From IMG/VR virus record IMGVR_UViG_3300021959_007005: a DNA stretch of 64,000 bases; one strand, 5' to 3'. Position 1 is the stretch's first letter, and the number at the start of each line of letters is the position of its first letter. Made by a program: the position numbers and the translations under genes. The stretch is from a virus. Taxonomy: Duplodnaviria; Caudoviricetes. A model generated the notes under the pieces. It was not told the DNA's origin. It did not search any database and worked only from the letters and a program-made list of their open reading frames with translations. Shown here piece by piece: positions 61,571 to 64,000 of this stretch.

Positions 61571-62290
61571 ATGAAAATTAAATATGAAGACCATGATATA
61601 CTTTATCCATTTGGTGAATATATTTATAGATCAAAAGTAGACGCTGATGGTCTTAAATTTATGCAAGACTTAGCTGAATCCTCAAGGGAAGGCGATGATG
61701 CTAGTAAATCTTTAGTTGGAAATATAAAAGAACAACGACATGGCATGATTAAAAATCAACAAGATGTAAATAACTTTGATAAAATTTTTCGTCCACATTT
61801 AAAAAACTATATGGATCAAATTAACAGAACGGCTAATTTTGTCTTAGAAGAAGATTCTGAACGTTCTGAGCATGAAAGAGAAAATACACCATTTTGGAAA
61901 ATTGTTAGTGGTGATTATGAAAAACTTAGTTATTCGTTAAACCAAGGACCTTGGTTTAATTATATGAAAAAATATGAATTTAATCCATTACACAATCATC
62001 ATGGAGAAATAAGTGCAATATGTATGGTAAAGGTACCTGAGGAAATTCAAAAAGAAGCAGAGAATGATGAAGATCCAAATTGGAGAGCTGGTGGAAAATT
62101 AGAGTTTGTTAGTGCAAACGGCCAAGCATCACCACATAGGGTTGTTTCAAGAGAGGCTGATGTATATATGTTTCCATCTATACTGAGACATCAAGTTTAT
62201 CCTTATAAAAGTGATGTTGAACGAATTACATGTAGTTGGAATTATTATAATATTAACTACCCACCCTTGCAGGAATCATCAAATGAGTAA
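61571..62290 (+). CDS. Putative 2OG-Fe(II) oxygenase (phage type)
   Basis: WFNY...FNPLHNHHGEISA...GKLEF...MFPS.L.HQVYP...ERITCSWN. Confidence 0.75.
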   Translation: MKIKYEDHDILYPFGEYIYRSKVDADGLKFMQDLAESSREGDDASKSLVGNIKEQRHGMIKNQQDVNNFDKIFRPHLKNYMDQINRTANFVLEEDSERSEHERENTPFWKIVSGDYEKLSYSLNQGPWFNYMKKYEFNPLHNHHGEISAICMVKVPEEIQKEAENDEDPNWRAGGKLEFVSANGQASPHRVVSREADVYMFPSILRHQVYPYKSDVERITCSWNYYNINYPPLQESSNE

Positions 62291-62471
62291 TGAAATACAA
62301 GCTAGAATGTTAGAGCTATGTGAGCCAATTGAACGACAAATTATGATGTGCGATAACAGAGAAGATATCTTAATGATGGCATGCGTTATGCTAGATAAGG
62401 TTAAAGTTATGCTTGACAGTCAAATTGGTGTTAAAGGAAGACGTGAAATTATAGATGGTGCAAATAAGTAA
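62283..62471 (+). CDS. Hypothetical protein
   Basis: Start reassigned to 62283 (MSNEIQARML), AGGA SD. Confidence 0.6.
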   Translation: MSNEIQARMLELCEPIERQIMMCDNREDILMMACVMLDKVKVMLDSQIGVKGRREIIDGANK

Positions 62472-63164
62472 ATGTATTTTATCAGTGCGCCATTTGGCAA
62501 TTATTTACAGTACACAAACTTTCTAAGTGGCAAACCAATAGTCAGTGTTACTGGAACATTTACGGTGAAGCCACGTCCTGGACTAGCAAAACAAATTATA
62601 AAAACACTTAGGTATACTAGAACAGGCTGGCGCAACAAACTAGGTTTGCGTAACCCAGGAATATTTAAGGGGTTGGACAACACTGCACCACACAATGTAA
62701 TGAGTATTGCTAGTTTGGAACCAAATGATTGGCGTATACTATATGAAATAGTGCCCAAGCATCAGAATGTAGAACTTAACATAAGTTGCCCAAATGTAGA
62801 TGAACATCCAGACTTAACTAAAGCATTTGCAAAAGATCAACGCTTCTGGTGCATTGTAAAAGTACCACCAACTATAACAAACAAACAGATTGACAAAATA
62901 GTTAAACTAGGCTATAATCAAATACATGCAAGCAATACTATTCCAACAGCGAAAGGTGGACTTAGTGGTGATGTAATTGTACCACACACTTTGAGAATAC
63001 TAGAATACATAAAAAGTACACATCCTCATGTTGAAGTTATCGCAGGCGGCGGAGTAAAAGATAAAGCTAGTGTTGATAGATATATTAACGCTGGAGCAGA
63101 TCATATTAGTATAGGCAGTGTATGTTTTACTCCTTGGCGTATTAAAGGAATTATAAATGATTAA
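62472..63164 (+). CDS. Dihydroorotate dehydrogenase-like FMN enzyme (compact form)
   Basis: NKLGLRNPG, ELNISCPN, VKVPP, SNT, GGLSG, IAGGGV, AGAD.I.IGS. Confidence 0.8.
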   Translation: MYFISAPFGNYLQYTNFLSGKPIVSVTGTFTVKPRPGLAKQIIKTLRYTRTGWRNKLGLRNPGIFKGLDNTAPHNVMSIASLEPNDWRILYEIVPKHQNVELNISCPNVDEHPDLTKAFAKDQRFWCIVKVPPTITNKQIDKIVKLGYNQIHASNTIPTAKGGLSGDVIVPHTLRILEYIKSTHPHVEVIAGGGVKDKASVDRYINAGADHISIGSVCFTPWRIKGIIND

Positions 63165-63717
63165 GAAACATTATTACAGTTGGCAAGATATTGAAAATAT
63201 GTGTAGTAGTATTGTATTACAAATGTATGCTGACAATTGGCGTCCGGATTATATTGTAGGACTTACTCGTGGAGGGAATGTACCTGCTACTATTATTAGT
63301 AACATGACAGGCATTCGTTGTGAAGCACTTAAAGTAAGTTTGCGAGATGATGAAGTAGGACCAGAAAGTAACCTATGGATGTCTGAAGATGCATTTGGAT
63401 ATAACGATCCAGACAAATCTGGTATTACTGGTGCACGATGGGATATTAAACTTCGTAAGAATATTCTTATTGTAGATGATATCAATGATACAGGTGCAAC
63501 ATTCAATTGGATTATAAAAGATTGGCAAGCAAGTTGTTTCCCCGAAGAAGAAAATGGTTGGAATAGTGTATGGAACAATAATGTTCGATTTGCCACATTA
63601 ACAGACAATTTGGCTAGTGAATTTACAGAGCATTGTGCTTACACATGTCACGAAATTAATAAAGCAGAACAAGATGTTTGGCTAGTTTATCCTTGGGAAA
63701 ACGTAGGAGAATATTAA
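63157..63717 (+). CDS. Type I phosphoribosyltransferase (purine salvage, Gpt/Hpt-like)
   Basis: YIVGLTRGG.VPA; ILIVDDINDTGAT; WLVYPWE. Confidence 0.85.
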   Translation: MIKKHYYSWQDIENMCSSIVLQMYADNWRPDYIVGLTRGGNVPATIISNMTGIRCEALKVSLRDDEVGPESNLWMSEDAFGYNDPDKSGITGARWDIKLRKNILIVDDINDTGATFNWIIKDWQASCFPEEENGWNSVWNNNVRFATLTDNLASEFTEHCAYTCHEINKAEQDVWLVYPWENVGEY

Positions 63718-64000
63718 ATGAGCAAATTTTTATATAGAGTTGATGGCGGACGATATGGCGGAGAATTAGCAATTGGTAAAGTAACAGCAGAATTTGTACG
63801 CTATTGGCAAGACAAAGACCAAGATGATCTAGTATCACACATTGTTGGATTGGATTGGGACGATAGTGAAGATGTTGATACTAATAGTCCAGATCCATAT
63901 GAAGATATGGATTACTGGAACAACTGGTACGAATGTGACGAGTATGAACATCAAAATGGTTACTATGCTGACGGTACATTTAGTGTCCATGATGTTTCAG
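63718..64000 (+). CDS. Hypothetical acidic protein, 3'-truncated by window edge
   Basis: Hand-translated MSKFLYRVDGGRYGGELAIGKVTAEFVRYWQDKD...; AGGAG SD; open to the window end. Confidence 0.6.
   Translation, partial: MSKFLYRVDGGRYGGELAIGKVTAEFVRYWQDKDQDDLVSHIVGLDWDDSEDVDTNSPDPYEDMDYWNNWYECDEYEHQNGYYADGTFSVHDVS

Noticed and set aside
1-64000. Alternative genetic code (TAG or TGA reassigned), as in some jumbo phages
   Set aside because: Long conserved genes (polymerase, ClpA, PurA, ligase) are intact in code 11, and genes end in TAA, TGA and TAG.
1-64000. Bacterial chromosome segment (because of purA, apt, fpr, folE, clpA, cca)
   Set aside because: T4-like gp43/44/45 genes, TATAAATA late boxes, spanins/endolysin, dense small orphan ORFs and the absence of typical operon partners indicate a phage.
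1-64000. tRNA or rRNA genes
   Set aside because: None were recognised by eye and intergenic gaps are mostly too short; tRNAscan-SE/ARAGORN would be needed to exclude them fully.

Overview
AT-rich, gene-dense 64-kb segment of a large T4-related (jumbo-type) tailed dsDNA phage, read in the standard genetic code. T4-like replisome genes are present: gp44-like clamp loader (partial), gp43-like family-B DNA polymerase, gp45-like clamp and ATP-dependent ligase. Spanins plus a GH19 endolysin indicate a Gram-negative host; an aquatic alphaproteobacterium is my inference from the auxiliary genes. Layout: (1) 0.5-8.1 kb, a minus-strand late operon of secreted/membrane low-complexity proteins with a divergent Fis-like HTH gene; (2) 8.2-19.3 kb, small early genes driven by sigma70-type promoters, seven of which (including two near 28 kb) carry the same 18-bp dyad in the -35/-10 spacer; (3) 19.3-30.6 kb, phoH, spanins, DnaJ, ClpA, small virion-type proteins and two paralogues with a duplicated, covarying structured 5' leader; (4) 30.7-44.3 kb, an island of proteins with T4 internal-protein-like N-terminal tags and modular effector domains (ParB-like, ART-like, GNAT-like); (5) 44.9-46.6 kb, endolysin and holin candidates; (6) 46.7-64 kb, replication genes, then a 7-deazaguanine DNA-modification cluster (QueD-like, DpdA/TGT-like, FolE) interleaved with nucleotidyltransferases and a glycosyltransferase, then a purine salvage/uptake cassette (BMP, 2OG oxygenase, apt, purA, yhhQ, pyrD-like, PRTase). 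I found no tRNA, rRNA, CRISPR array, transposase or integrase by eye. All calls rest on motif recognition; no database searches were run.
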